NCBI GenBank assembly: GCA_040772485.1
Contig: JAXGYC010000008.1
Location: forward strand, 352,001 to 416,000
Source of the DNA: Sedimentisphaerales bacterium
GTDB lineage: Bacteria; Planctomycetota; Phycisphaerae; Sedimentisphaerales; Anaerobacaceae
Length of the DNA stretch: 64,000 nucleotides
Reading direction: 5' to 3'
Positions 19,655 to 28,999 of this stretch are shown here, one piece after another (position 1 is the stretch's first letter; each line of letters begins with the position of its first letter). The notes under the pieces are model-generated. The model saw only the letters and a list, made by a program, of their open reading frames with translations, made no database searches and had not been told where the DNA came from. The position numbers and the translations under genes are program-made.

Positions 19655-20569
19655 TTACGCGATGAACTGGCGAAGGAAACGTGCGCTCTGGCGCAAAGCC
19701 GCCTTGCGCATCTCCAGCGACCCCTCGTAAGCCCGGTCCTCGACCTCGACGCAGACCGGCCCGTCGTAACCAGTCTCGCCCAGCACCGAGCAGAACCGTC
19801 CCCAGTCGACCTCGCCCAGTCCCGGCAGCTTCGGGCTGTGGTATTGCAGCGGCGTCGCGAGAATGCCGACGTCGTCCAGACGGTCGCGGTCCAGGCGGAC
19901 GTCCTTGGCATGCACGTGGAAGAGGCGATCCTTGAACTCCCACAACGGCTTGATGTAATCCATTTGCTGCCAGATCATGTGCGATGGATCGTAGTTGAGC
20001 CCGAAGTGTTTTGACGGAATCTCTTCGAACATCCGGCGCCAGATGCGAGGGCTGTGGGCGAGGTTCTTGCCGCCCGGCCATTCGTCATTCGTAAACAGCA
20101 TCGGGCAGTTCTCGATGCCGATGCGCACACCATGACCTTCCGCGAATTTCACCAGCGGCGCCCAGACCTTTTTGAATCGGCGCCAGTTCTCCTCGACCGA
20201 TTTCGTCCAGTCCCGCCCGATGAAGGTCGTGACCTGGCCGACGCCCAGAACCGCCGCCGCGGCGATGACCTTCTTGAAATGGGCTGTCACCGCCTTGGCC
20301 TCGTCCACCTTGGGTGTCAGGTAGTTGGGGTAGTAACCGAGCGAGCTGATACTCACTGCCGCGTCCTTCAGGACCGCGCGAATCTTCTGGGCATCGGACA
20401 ACTTGAAACCGGCCACGTCCACGTGAGTCACGCCCGCGTACCGGCGCTCCGCCCTGCCCTTCGGCCAGCACATCAGCTCCACACAGGAATACCCGGTCTC
20501 CGACGCGAACTGAATCACTTCCTCCAGCGGCAGATCGGGCAGAATCGCACTGACGAATCCAAGCTTCAT
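19655..20569 (-). CDS. Sugar phosphate isomerase/epimerase (xylose-isomerase-like TIM barrel)
   Basis: IENCP, NYDPSH, HVHAKD, VEVED metal ligands. Confidence 0.88.
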   Translation of the reverse strand: MKLGFVSAILPDLPLEEVIQFASETGYSCVELMCWPKGRAERRYAGVTHVDVAGFKLSDAQKIRAVLKDAAVSISSLGYYPNYLTPKVDEAKAVTAHFKKVIAAAAVLGVGQVTTFIGRDWTKSVEENWRRFKKVWAPLVKFAEGHGVRIGIENCPMLFTNDEWPGGKNLAHSPRIWRRMFEEIPSKHFGLNYDPSHMIWQQMDYIKPLWEFKDRLFHVHAKDVRLDRDRLDDVGILATPLQYHSPKLPGLGEVDWGRFCSVLGETGYDGPVCVEVEDRAYEGSLEMRKAALRQSARFLRQFIA

Positions 20570-21729
20570 GAACGCTCTCCTTTCAACTCGACCCATCGCT
20601 GCTCCCGATGGCTCCGCAGTATGGCCTCGCACAGCAGGATCTCACGATGGCCGTCGGCAAACGTGGGGAAGGTCGGCGGTGCCGTGAAGTCCCCCGCTTC
20701 GATGTATTCATAGAACGCGCGGAAGCACTGCTTGAATGTGTCGGGGAACCCCTCGTTGTGTCCGCCCGGGTAATTGACGAAGTGCCGTGCCCGCTCGCCG
20801 AGCAACGCCGGATCGCGGATCAGATTCTCGTTGGGCCGCTCGCGGTGACCCACCCACAGCTCGTTGGGCCGCTCACTGCACCACGCCAGGGCAGACTTCG
20901 AGCCGGCGATTTCGTATCGCAGGCAGTTCTTGCGGCCGGCAGTGACCTGGGAGACCTCCAGACAGCCGCGAACACCGCTCTTGAAGCGAATCAGCACGGC
21001 TCCGTAGTCTTCTGTGGCGATGTCTACCGGCTCGGTCCTCGCCGGTCCGCCTGCCTCCTTGCCCTTGAACGTCTCGACCTCTCCGAGCGGGCGCTGTCGG
21101 ACGGGATGAACCGTCGACAGGTCCGCACAAACCGCCTCGACTTCGAGGCCCGTAATGGCATGCACCAGGTCCAGCCAGTGCGTGCCGATGTCCGCAATCG
21201 CCCGCAGCTCGCCCCCCTCTTTCGCCAGAACCCGCCAGTTGTAGTCCGTAGGATAGAGCAGCCAGTCCTGCACGTAGCTGCCGCAGACGGAGTAGACGTC
21301 GCCCAGGTCGCCGCGTCGAACGATGTCCGCCACCTCCAGACACAGCGGATAGTAGCGGATGTTGTAGTTGACTCCCGCCGCCAGACCGCTCATGCGGGCC
21401 AGCTCGACCAGCTCGCGCGACTCTGTCGAATTCATGGCCAGAGGCTTCTCGCACAGCACGTGCTTGCCCGCCTCCAGAGCCGCTTTGGCCATGGGATAGT
21501 GCAAGCGATTCGGCGTGGCGATGTGCACGACCTGCACCGTGTGGTCGTCGAGCACTTCGTCGAAGCTGCGATACGCCTTCAGCAGGCCCATCTTGCCGGC
21601 GGCCGCCTTGGATTCCTGATCGGAGACCCCGAGAATCCCCGTGACCTTGACGCCGATTCGCCCAAGGGCCTCGACGTGTACCGGGCCGATGAACCCGGCC
21701 CCGACGACTGCCGCACGTATCTCTGGCAT
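20566..21729 (-). CDS. Gfo/Idh/MocA-family oxidoreductase
   Basis: [32 protein letters not shown]. Confidence 0.92.
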   Translation of the reverse strand: MPEIRAAVVGAGFIGPVHVEALGRIGVKVTGILGVSDQESKAAAGKMGLLKAYRSFDEVLDDHTVQVVHIATPNRLHYPMAKAALEAGKHVLCEKPLAMNSTESRELVELARMSGLAAGVNYNIRYYPLCLEVADIVRRGDLGDVYSVCGSYVQDWLLYPTDYNWRVLAKEGGELRAIADIGTHWLDLVHAITGLEVEAVCADLSTVHPVRQRPLGEVETFKGKEAGGPARTEPVDIATEDYGAVLIRFKSGVRGCLEVSQVTAGRKNCLRYEIAGSKSALAWCSERPNELWVGHRERPNENLIRDPALLGERARHFVNYPGGHNEGFPDTFKQCFRAFYEYIEAGDFTAPPTFPTFADGHREILLCEAILRSHREQRWVELKGERS

Positions 21730-21742
21730 GACTCCGCTCCTT

Positions 21743-22540
21743 TCAGCCACAGCAGGTGCAGTAGGTCCGGTCGGACTCCCAGACGCTGACGCTGTGCAGC
21801 CGCGCCGGATCGAACTTGCCCACCAGACGGCGCCATGCGAAGGCCGCCAGGTTCTCGACGGTCGGGATCGCCTCGCGGAATTCGTCGAGGTCGGCGTTGA
21901 GGTTCTTGTGGTCCAGCAGCGAGATCAACTCCGTCTCGATGGTCTGCTGGAACCGGCCCGTCTCGAAGCCCGCTGCGTCGGCGGGCATCGACACCGTGAC
22001 ATCGACGATGTAGTTGTGCCCGTGTCCGGTGGGGTGGGCGCATTTGCCGAAGACCTCGAAGTTGCGCTGCTCGCTGAAGGCGTCGTTCCAGAGCTTGTGC
22101 ATCGCCGCGAATTCGAACTTCTCGCTGAAGCGCAGTACGTGCGGCTCGTTGGCATCCATCGTCAGCTTCCTGTACGGATTGAGGTTGAGAATCAGCCGGT
22201 CCACCTCGGCAGCGCCGAACCGGCCCGTCAACTGCCGGCGCGCCTGCCCGAGCATTTGGGCGACAAGGTCCAGACCGATCGGACAGCCACGCCGATAGCG
22301 TTCGCGAACACCCTGCGCAAAGATGGGCACGGCGAACTGCCGCGCGACCCGGTCCATGTCCATCACGTTGACGACGAAGCCGGTGTCGGGCGCGACCGGA
22401 CCGACGAGCTCGATCGTCAATTCCAGGAACAGGGCCAGGCCCTCGCCGGCGGGTCTGGACGCGTAGGCGTTGGCGCCGGGATGGTCCTGATCCCGAAACG
22501 GATTGATCGAGAATCGGACCTGGCGAGCCAGCCGGACCAT
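21743..22540 (-). CDS. 6-pyruvoyl-tetrahydropterin synthase-family protein, two T-fold domains
   Basis: C-terminal domain [35 protein letters not shown]-terminal domain retains G.V...TGFVVN. Confidence 0.85.
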   Translation of the reverse strand: MVRLARQVRFSINPFRDQDHPGANAYASRPAGEGLALFLELTIELVGPVAPDTGFVVNVMDMDRVARQFAVPIFAQGVRERYRRGCPIGLDLVAQMLGQARRQLTGRFGAAEVDRLILNLNPYRKLTMDANEPHVLRFSEKFEFAAMHKLWNDAFSEQRNFEVFGKCAHPTGHGHNYIVDVTVSMPADAAGFETGRFQQTIETELISLLDHKNLNADLDEFREAIPTVENLAAFAWRRLVGKFDPARLHSVSVWESDRTYCTCCG

Positions 22541-22551
22541 GAGAGGCCCCC

Positions 22552-23136
22552 TCACACCGTGCCCTGGTGCATCAGGCTCAGCACCTCGTTGCGGCTGCGG
22601 GCGTCGCGCTTGAAGATCCCGCGCAGCGCCGAGGTCACCATGAGCGAGCCGGGTTTCTTGATGCCACGAATCGTCATGCAACTGTGCGACGCCTGGAGCA
22701 CGACCGCCACGCCCTGCGGCTTGAGGTTCTGCATCAGGAAGTCGGCGATCTGGCCCGTCAACCGCTCCTGCGTGTGCAGGCGGTGCGCGTAGCAGTCGAC
22801 GATCCGCGCCAGCTTGCTGACGCCCAGCACCTTGCCCGTGGGCAGATACGCGACGTGAGCCTTGCCGATGAACGGCAGCAGATGGTGCTCGCAGAGCGAA
22901 TAGAAGGGAATGTCGCGCAGCAAGACGATCTCGTCGTACTCCTCTGTGAAGACGCTGCGAAGGTGCACGTTCGGGTCTTCGTACATCCCGCCGAGCAGTT
23001 CGGCGTACATCCGCGCCACGCGGTCCGGCGTCTTCTGGAGCCCTTCGCGATCCACGTCCTCGCCGACCGCCAGCAGGATCTCACGCACCGCCTTGCGGAT
23101 GCGCTCCTGGTCCACCTTCATCGCTTTCCTGGCCAT
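22552..23136 (-). CDS. folE: GTP cyclohydrolase I
   Basis: [42 protein letters not shown]. Confidence 0.95.
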   Translation of the reverse strand: MARKAMKVDQERIRKAVREILLAVGEDVDREGLQKTPDRVARMYAELLGGMYEDPNVHLRSVFTEEYDEIVLLRDIPFYSLCEHHLLPFIGKAHVAYLPTGKVLGVSKLARIVDCYAHRLHTQERLTGQIADFLMQNLKPQGVAVVLQASHSCMTIRGIKKPGSLMVTSALRGIFKRDARSRNEVLSLMHQGTV

Positions 23137-23181
23137 TGCCTCTTTCCATCCCAATCGTGGAGGGCGACGCATGCATCGCCC

Positions 23182-24714
23182 CTACCGGGTCAGATTCATC
23201 AGATACGTCACGAGCAGGCGCACGCCGAAACCGGTCGAGCCGGCGCTGGCGTACTCGGTCGCCTTCTGGAGGATGTCCATCCCGGCGATGTCCAGGTGCG
23301 CCCACGTCGTCTCGCCGACGAACTGCCGCAGGAAGGCGGCGGCGGTGCAGGCGCCGCCCCATCGGCCGCCCGTGTTGCGCAGGTCGGCGATTTTGCTCTT
23401 CATCTCGTCGGCGTACTCATCGCCGCTGGGCAGGTGCCAGACGTTCTCGCCGCTGTCGTCGGCCGCCCGGCGGAGTTGCGCGATCAGGTCGTCGTCGTTG
23501 CCCATCAGGCCCGCCTTGTATGTGCCCAGCGCGACCATGCAGGCGCCGGTCAGCGTCGCGATGTCGATGATCGTCTCGAACTTCTTCCTGGCGGCATAGG
23601 CCAGCGCATCGCAGAGGATCATCCGCCCTTCCGCGTCGGTGTTCAGAATCTCGACCGTCTTGCCGCTGTACGTGGTGACGATGTCGCCGGGCCGATAGCT
23701 CGACCCGCTCGGCAGGTTCTCCGCCGACGGGATCAGGCCACACACATCCACCGGCAGACCTAGTTCGGCCACCGCCTTCATCGCCGCCAAAACCGCGATC
23801 CCGCCGCTCTTGTCCAGTTTCATCTGGTCCATGTCCGCCGACGGCTTGATGCTGATCCCGCCGGAATCGAACGTGATCGCCTTGCCCACCAGTGCCACGC
23901 GAGGCAGCCCCTTGGCGGGCTTCTTCGCGGGGGTGTACTGGAGAAGGATGAGCCGAGGCTCGCTCCTGGACCCGGCCCCGACGGCCAGAATCCCGCCCAT
24001 CTTCTTGGCCTTGAGCTGCCCGGCATCGAAGACGGTGCAACGAAGCCCCCTGGTTGCACGGGCCATTTCCATCGCCGCTTTCGCCAGGGCCGGCGGGTTG
24101 ATGACATTGCCCGGCCGGTTGGCGAGGGTTCTGGCGTAACTCTGAGCCCGGCCGACGACCGCGCCGGCGCCAAGCCCCTGGTTCAGCGACCTGAGCCGTC
24201 CGGCATCGGCGTCCACCACCTCGACCTTCAGCGTGCCGAGCCGCCCGTTCTGGCTCTCCGTCACGTACTCGTCGTAGCGATAGCTGCCGAAATAGGCGCC
24301 CTCGGCCGTCGCCTTACCCATCTCGGCGGTATCAAGCTTGCCTTGCGCCGCCTGGTGCAGGGCCAGCGACAGCGTCTGGAGCTTCATATTGACCGCCTGG
24401 TTGGCGGCGGTGGCGGCGGCCTTGCGAATCGTGTCGAGCGTCACCTTCTTCCGCTCGCCCAGACCGATCAGCATCACGCGCCGCGCCGGGATCTTGCCGT
24501 CGCCATAGACCAGCGCGCTGGTCCCGGCCTTGCCGGCGAAGTCGCCCAGCTTGGTCACTCGGCCGATCGCGCCGCCCAGTCTCTCGTCCAGCACCTTGAC
24601 GTCCTTGTCAACACCCGCCGCATCGGAAAATCGTCCCAGCACGAGCAGGTCTGTCTTGCACTGAGCCAACCCGACCTTCCGCGTCTTGATATCCACCGCA
24701 ATGATTTGCTTCAT
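23182..24714 (-). CDS. pepA: Leucyl aminopeptidase (M17)
   Basis: GKAITFDSGG, MKLDKSG, NTDAEGR, ATLTGA, HLDIAG. Confidence 0.95.
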   Translation of the reverse strand: MKQIIAVDIKTRKVGLAQCKTDLLVLGRFSDAAGVDKDVKVLDERLGGAIGRVTKLGDFAGKAGTSALVYGDGKIPARRVMLIGLGERKKVTLDTIRKAAATAANQAVNMKLQTLSLALHQAAQGKLDTAEMGKATAEGAYFGSYRYDEYVTESQNGRLGTLKVEVVDADAGRLRSLNQGLGAGAVVGRAQSYARTLANRPGNVINPPALAKAAMEMARATRGLRCTVFDAGQLKAKKMGGILAVGAGSRSEPRLILLQYTPAKKPAKGLPRVALVGKAITFDSGGISIKPSADMDQMKLDKSGGIAVLAAMKAVAELGLPVDVCGLIPSAENLPSGSSYRPGDIVTTYSGKTVEILNTDAEGRMILCDALAYAARKKFETIIDIATLTGACMVALGTYKAGLMGNDDDLIAQLRRAADDSGENVWHLPSGDEYADEMKSKIADLRNTGGRWGGACTAAAFLRQFVGETTWAHLDIAGMDILQKATEYASAGSTGFGVRLLVTYLMNLTR

Positions 24715-24789
24715 CAGTCTCTCACCGTATCAGGAGCTTTCCATTTTGCTCTTTGCTTTTTGATTTTTGGTTTTTGATTCTTGATTTTC

Positions 24790-25909
24790 CTACGCGCTCT
24801 TGGCCTTGTCCTTGGCCCGATAGTGCAGGTAGCTCTCGATGAACGCATCGAGGTCGCCGTCCAGCACGGCGTCCACGTTGCCCGTCTGGTAGTCCGTGCG
24901 ATGGTCTTTGACCATCTGATACGGCTGCAAGACGTAGCTGCGGATCTGGTTGCCCCAGGCGATCTCGCCCTTGTCGCCGTACAGCTTGGCCACCTCCGCG
25001 TCGCGCTTCTGCTGTTCGAGCATGTAGAGCCGGCTCTTGAGCACCGCCATGGCCCGCGCCTTGTTCTTATGCTGGCTGCGCTCGTTCTGGCACTGCACGA
25101 CCAGGCCGGTCGGCAGGTGCGTGATGCGGACCGCCGAGCTGACCTTGTTGACGTGCTGGCCGCCCGCGCCGCCGGCGCGATAGGTGTCGATGCGAAGATC
25201 GTCCTCGTTGATCTCGACCTCGATATCGTCCTCGAACTCGGGCAGGCAGTCGACCGCCGCGAAGCTGGTGTGCCGGCGCTTCTGCGAATCGAACGGACTG
25301 ATGCGCACGAGCCGATGCACGCCGACCTCGCACGAGAGCTTGCCGAACGCGAACGGGCCGATCACCCGCAGCGTCACCGAGCGGACTCCGGCCTCTTCGC
25401 CGGGCACGAGGTCCAGCTCTTCATACTTGAACCGGCTGGCGTCGAAGTAATGCGTGTACATCCGCAGCAGCATGTTGGCCCAGTCGCAGCTCTCCGTGCC
25501 CCCTGCTCCGGCGTGAATGCTCAGGAAGCAGTTCTTCGTGTCCTCGGGACGCGACAGCAGGCCCGCCAGCTCGATCCGCTCGCAGCGATGCACCAGCGAA
25601 TCGAGGTCCTCCTCCAACTGCTCCATTTCGTCGCTGTCGCCTTCCTCGGCCGCCAGTTGATACAGCTCGCCCAGGTCCGCCACCTCCTTCTGCAACTCCT
25701 CGACCGGCTCGACCACCGCCTTCAGCGCGCTGAGCTGGCTGGTCACCCGCTGCGCGGCTTCCTGGTTGTCCCAGAAGCCCTGGCGAGACATCTGCTGTGT
25801 CAACTGGTCCAGTTGCGCCCTCTTGCCGGGCAAGTCAAAGCCAGTCCCGAATCTTTACGACTCGGGCCTCGAGGTCGCCGATCGCGCCCTTCAGTTCCGC
25901 TATCTCCAT
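24790..25909 (-). CDS. prfB: Peptide chain release factor 2 (programmed +1 frameshift at 25840-25834)
   Basis: SPF tripeptide, GGQ, WGNQIRSYVL; upstream frame MEIAELKGAIGDLEARVVKIRDWL ends CTT TGA C and continues +1; promoter TTGTAC-17-TATAAG at 26031-26003. Confidence 0.95.
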
Positions 25910-26143
25910 AAAACCTCCCAACAGGTCTTCTCAAATTGCAGGAGCATCGCACCCGCAAACGATTCCGAAATCCACAATCTGCAATCCGCGATTTAATAAA
26001 GCCTTATACCACACTCGCCCCCCAAGTACAACGAATCCCCCGCCGCCTACGCCGTCCAGCCTTTGCAGGTTCAATGTGCGGGCATATCATGAGGTGTGAA
26101 GCTGTGCGACAGTACGTGCAGACAGGGGCTCAATTCGCCGATT

Positions 26144-26737
26144 CTACGGCGTTGGGCTTTGTTGTTCCTGCTGTGCGGAGCGCAGCGTTTGGAGGTAGGA
26201 TCTGAACTCCGGCGTGAAGACCTCCCTGCCCTGCTGCTTCTCGATCTCGTCTGTGAGCAGCCAGGCCTGCTGCCGGGCGCGGTCAGGGTCGCCTGATTGG
26301 AGGGCCGCCATGAATCTGCCCAGAACCACTCGGCGATCGCCGTCCGCCATTTCCATCAGATCCAGCCGCATCACCAACGCCATGGCTTCGGCACGCACAC
26401 TGCCATAGCTATACTCGACAAAGATACCCCTCACCAAACGACTCTCGTCGGCGCGTTTCCAGATCGGTATGGAGGGCGTCTGGATGCCCAATCTCCGAAG
26501 CTCACGCGATAGTGCAGACTCCTCGGTCCTCTCCCTGACTCGCACCGACAACACATGCACCTGGTGTCGGAGCATACCGCTATTGATATCGAGGTCGGTC
26601 GACCGCAGAAACACCCACGACTGGCCCAACAGAGGCCAAATACCCAGCCCGAGCAGCAGCAGCACAGCCGCCACCAACAGCCTGGTGGTTGTTGATTTGA
26701 TCCACCTCTGTGCCATATTCACGCTCGCCTGTTTCAT
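26144..26737 (-). CDS. Hypothetical single-pass membrane protein
   Basis: TM LLVAAVLLLLGLGIWPLL; GGAGG before GTG/ATG near 26737. Confidence 0.65.
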   Translation of the reverse strand: MKQASVNMAQRWIKSTTTRLLVAAVLLLLGLGIWPLLGQSWVFLRSTDLDINSGMLRHQVHVLSVRVRERTEESALSRELRRLGIQTPSIPIWKRADESRLVRGIFVEYSYGSVRAEAMALVMRLDLMEMADGDRRVVLGRFMAALQSGDPDRARQQAWLLTDEIEKQQGREVFTPEFRSYLQTLRSAQQEQQSPTP

Positions 26738-26777
26738 CACGTCCCTCCGCTTGTTGCGCAGGTGGCCATCCGCATGC

Positions 26778-27209
26778 TCAATCTGAACGCTCGAAGTAGA
26801 CCTCCGTATCACCGAAGGCAAAGATCTTGGCTGCTTCCTTGAGCGCAGCGGCCGCAAATCCGAGCGTTGCGTCGAGCCGTTCGACCCTCTGGAAAACGAC
26901 AACCGGCCTGACAAGGCCGGTCAACCGGTTCACGCGGTAGAGCAGTTGTACGCCGTACATGAGGAATGCGCTGAGGATCTGGATAAAATCCTCCTCCAGC
27001 TCGGGCGGCAGCGGTCCGAACAAAGGAATCGGCACGTGCTGGTCCGTCTCCCGCTCCAGGCTAAACTCGTAAGGTGGCACTGCCCCTTTGGCTCGTCGGA
27101 TGTATCCGCTCGTAGGGACACGATGCTCCCACTGCTTCCATCGAAATACGAAACACTCAGGCGAAACGTCGATCTCGATCCTTCTGGCCAGTCTCTTGAA
27201 TAGCCCCAC
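26778..27209 (-). CDS. Hypothetical protein
   Basis: 143 aa, GTG start with AGGAGGT RBS. Confidence 0.65.
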   Translation of the reverse strand: MGLFKRLARRIEIDVSPECFVFRWKQWEHRVPTSGYIRRAKGAVPPYEFSLERETDQHVPIPLFGPLPPELEEDFIQILSAFLMYGVQLLYRVNRLTGLVRPVVVFQRVERLDATLGFAAAALKEAAKIFAFGDTEVYFERSD

Positions 27210-27292
27210 ACGCCACCTCCTCTTGGATAGTCCGCACTGACGACGTCACCAGGATATACGCCATGGACCCGTGCAGTCAATCCCCATCCTCC

Positions 27293-28490
27293 CTGAGTCA
27301 TCCCCAGTTTTGACCGAGGAGTTCGTGCTTCAAGCGGCGCAAGAGATACTGGCAGGTGGGGAGAGGGCAGGTTTGCATGAACAGGCCGATGGTGAAGAGA
27401 CTGCATTCGCCCGTCCGGTTGTTGGAGCACCACCGGCCGGGGCGGAATCGTTCGGAGGCGTACAGGCCGACCGTCACCAGGAGCAGATACGCCAAGGCCA
27501 GAATAAGCAGAAACCGACTCAAACGCTGGGAATCCTTGATCTGGATCAAACGCAGAGCAAACCCATTGCGTTTGTTTTTCACGTCACGAAAGTACTCTTC
27601 AATGCTCATCCGCCGCGCAAAGACCTTGGACAAGACTTGGGCGCGAAGGTGCTCTTCGTCCGTCATCAGATACCAGGGTTCCGACTGATCCGGCAGCCAA
27701 ACCACAGCCACGTCCTGCACGACGGGCCGCTCTTTGCGATACGAGACGTGGCGTAGCAGGTGTCTCTGGCCCCGATGGATCGGGTAATCCGCCAGGCGAC
27801 CGGTGAACCGCGAACTGCTCACCCACACCGACGGCTGGATGCGGATGATGTAATGGAACTTCAGTTCCTGGCACACGCGGGCCATCTCCGTTCGACCGAA
27901 CCCCCGATCGGCGAGAAGCGTCACCCGGACCGAAGCGGCCACCATGGTGTGAAACAGACGCAGCAACCCGTATTCCAGATTGTTCTGCGAGCGATAGACC
28001 TCCTCGTAACGGTACACCGCCCACAGCAAAGGCAAGGCCCGGCCTCGCAGACGAGCCGCCAGGACCAGGCACTGAAAGTGGCGGATATCCACCCAATCGA
28101 GGCTCACCAGCAGCTTTTTTCGGGGTTGGGCGAGCCACTGGACCACGCCCCGCATCGCTTCGCTCGGCTCGACCCGAGTGTTTCCTACAAAGCGGTCGAC
28201 CCGCTTGATCCCCTGCTTGGCGGCCAGCGCCGATTGCCCCGCCAATGCCCGTCCCAGTTGGGCCAGCGAGGCCCGCACCACGATCATCGCCGCCGGAACC
28301 AAGACGCTCAAGGTTTTGGCCTGCGAGAGCCGAAGACAAGAGCATACCGAACGTACAAAATCCGAAATCTCCTGGCGTTTCATGGTCGACTCCTTTCGAT
28401 CGAGTTGGCATTGTGATTTCTTTCACCAACTCTCATCGTCAAAGAGTCGACCTTTTCATTGGGCCCTACCTTAAACTGGGGATGATTCAG
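27293..28490 (-). mobile_element. IS4-family (IS10-like) insertion sequence, 1198 bp
   Basis: IRs CTGAGTCATCCCCAGTTT (27293-27310) and revcomp CTGAATCATCCCCAGTTT (28473-28490); 9-bp target duplication CCATCCTCC at 27284-27292 and 28491-28499. Confidence 0.93.
27298..28383 (-). CDS. IS4-family DDE transposase
   Basis: SLDW, LADRGF, F-x2-R-x3-E-x6-K (YREK variant: FARRMSIEEYFRDVK); stop codon lies inside the IR. Confidence 0.92.
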   Translation of the reverse strand: MKRQEISDFVRSVCSCLRLSQAKTLSVLVPAAMIVVRASLAQLGRALAGQSALAAKQGIKRVDRFVGNTRVEPSEAMRGVVQWLAQPRKKLLVSLDWVDIRHFQCLVLAARLRGRALPLLWAVYRYEEVYRSQNNLEYGLLRLFHTMVAASVRVTLLADRGFGRTEMARVCQELKFHYIIRIQPSVWVSSSRFTGRLADYPIHRGQRHLLRHVSYRKERPVVQDVAVVWLPDQSEPWYLMTDEEHLRAQVLSKVFARRMSIEEYFRDVKNKRNGFALRLIQIKDSQRLSRFLLILALAYLLLVTVGLYASERFRPGRWCSNNRTGECSLFTIGLFMQTCPLPTCQYLLRRLKHELLGQNWG

Positions 28491-28519
28491 CCATCCTCCT
28501 CGTCCGTTCCAGAGTCGCG

Positions 28520-28999
28520 TCAGCCCCTGGGGCCGTCGACAGCGAAGGTTCTGTCTCCTTCGCGGTATCTGACGATGAAGATGGTGTCCTCGATCCGGAC
28601 GCCGTTTTCATACGTGAGACGAATCGGACATTGAGCTGTCTGAACGTTCGAGATAGAGCCCTCCTTCAACGGCTCGAAGCGGATGTCCTCGCAGACGAAT
28701 TCCATTTCGACGATCTGGTCGAAACGGTTCTTGCCCAGGCCGAACAGCTCATCGAGGAACTGCCGGCGGTCGCCGCCCAAGAGGTCCTCAAGCTGCTCGC
28801 GCCGATACGCCCTATCGATGTACCTTCTGACAACGAGCTTCTCGTCGTGGTCCAGCACCGCCTGCCGGAACCCCTCCAGAAACACCCGCACGTCGTCCGA
28901 TGCATACGCCCGTTCGCCCCCCCGCCGCCCCACCGCACAAGATGCACACAACACCGCCACACAAAGCAGAACAACCTTGCCCAAGATCCGCTCACCCAT
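28520..28999 (-). CDS. Hypothetical lipoprotein
   Basis: Lipobox-like LCAS|C after hydrophobic stretch; GGAGG RBS. Confidence 0.7.
   Translation of the reverse strand: MGERILGKVVLLCVAVLCASCAVGRRGGERAYASDDVRVFLEGFRQAVLDHDEKLVVRRYIDRAYRREQLEDLLGGDRRQFLDELFGLGKNRFDQIVEMEFVCEDIRFEPLKEGSISNVQTAQCPIRLTYENGVRIEDTIFIVRYREGDRTFAVDGPRG

Noticed and set aside
18819..20081. 597-aa ORF as a single PEP-CTERM protein
   Set aside because: The upstream part overlaps deoC and the epimerase in another frame; the real gene starts at 18818 with its own RBS and signal peptide
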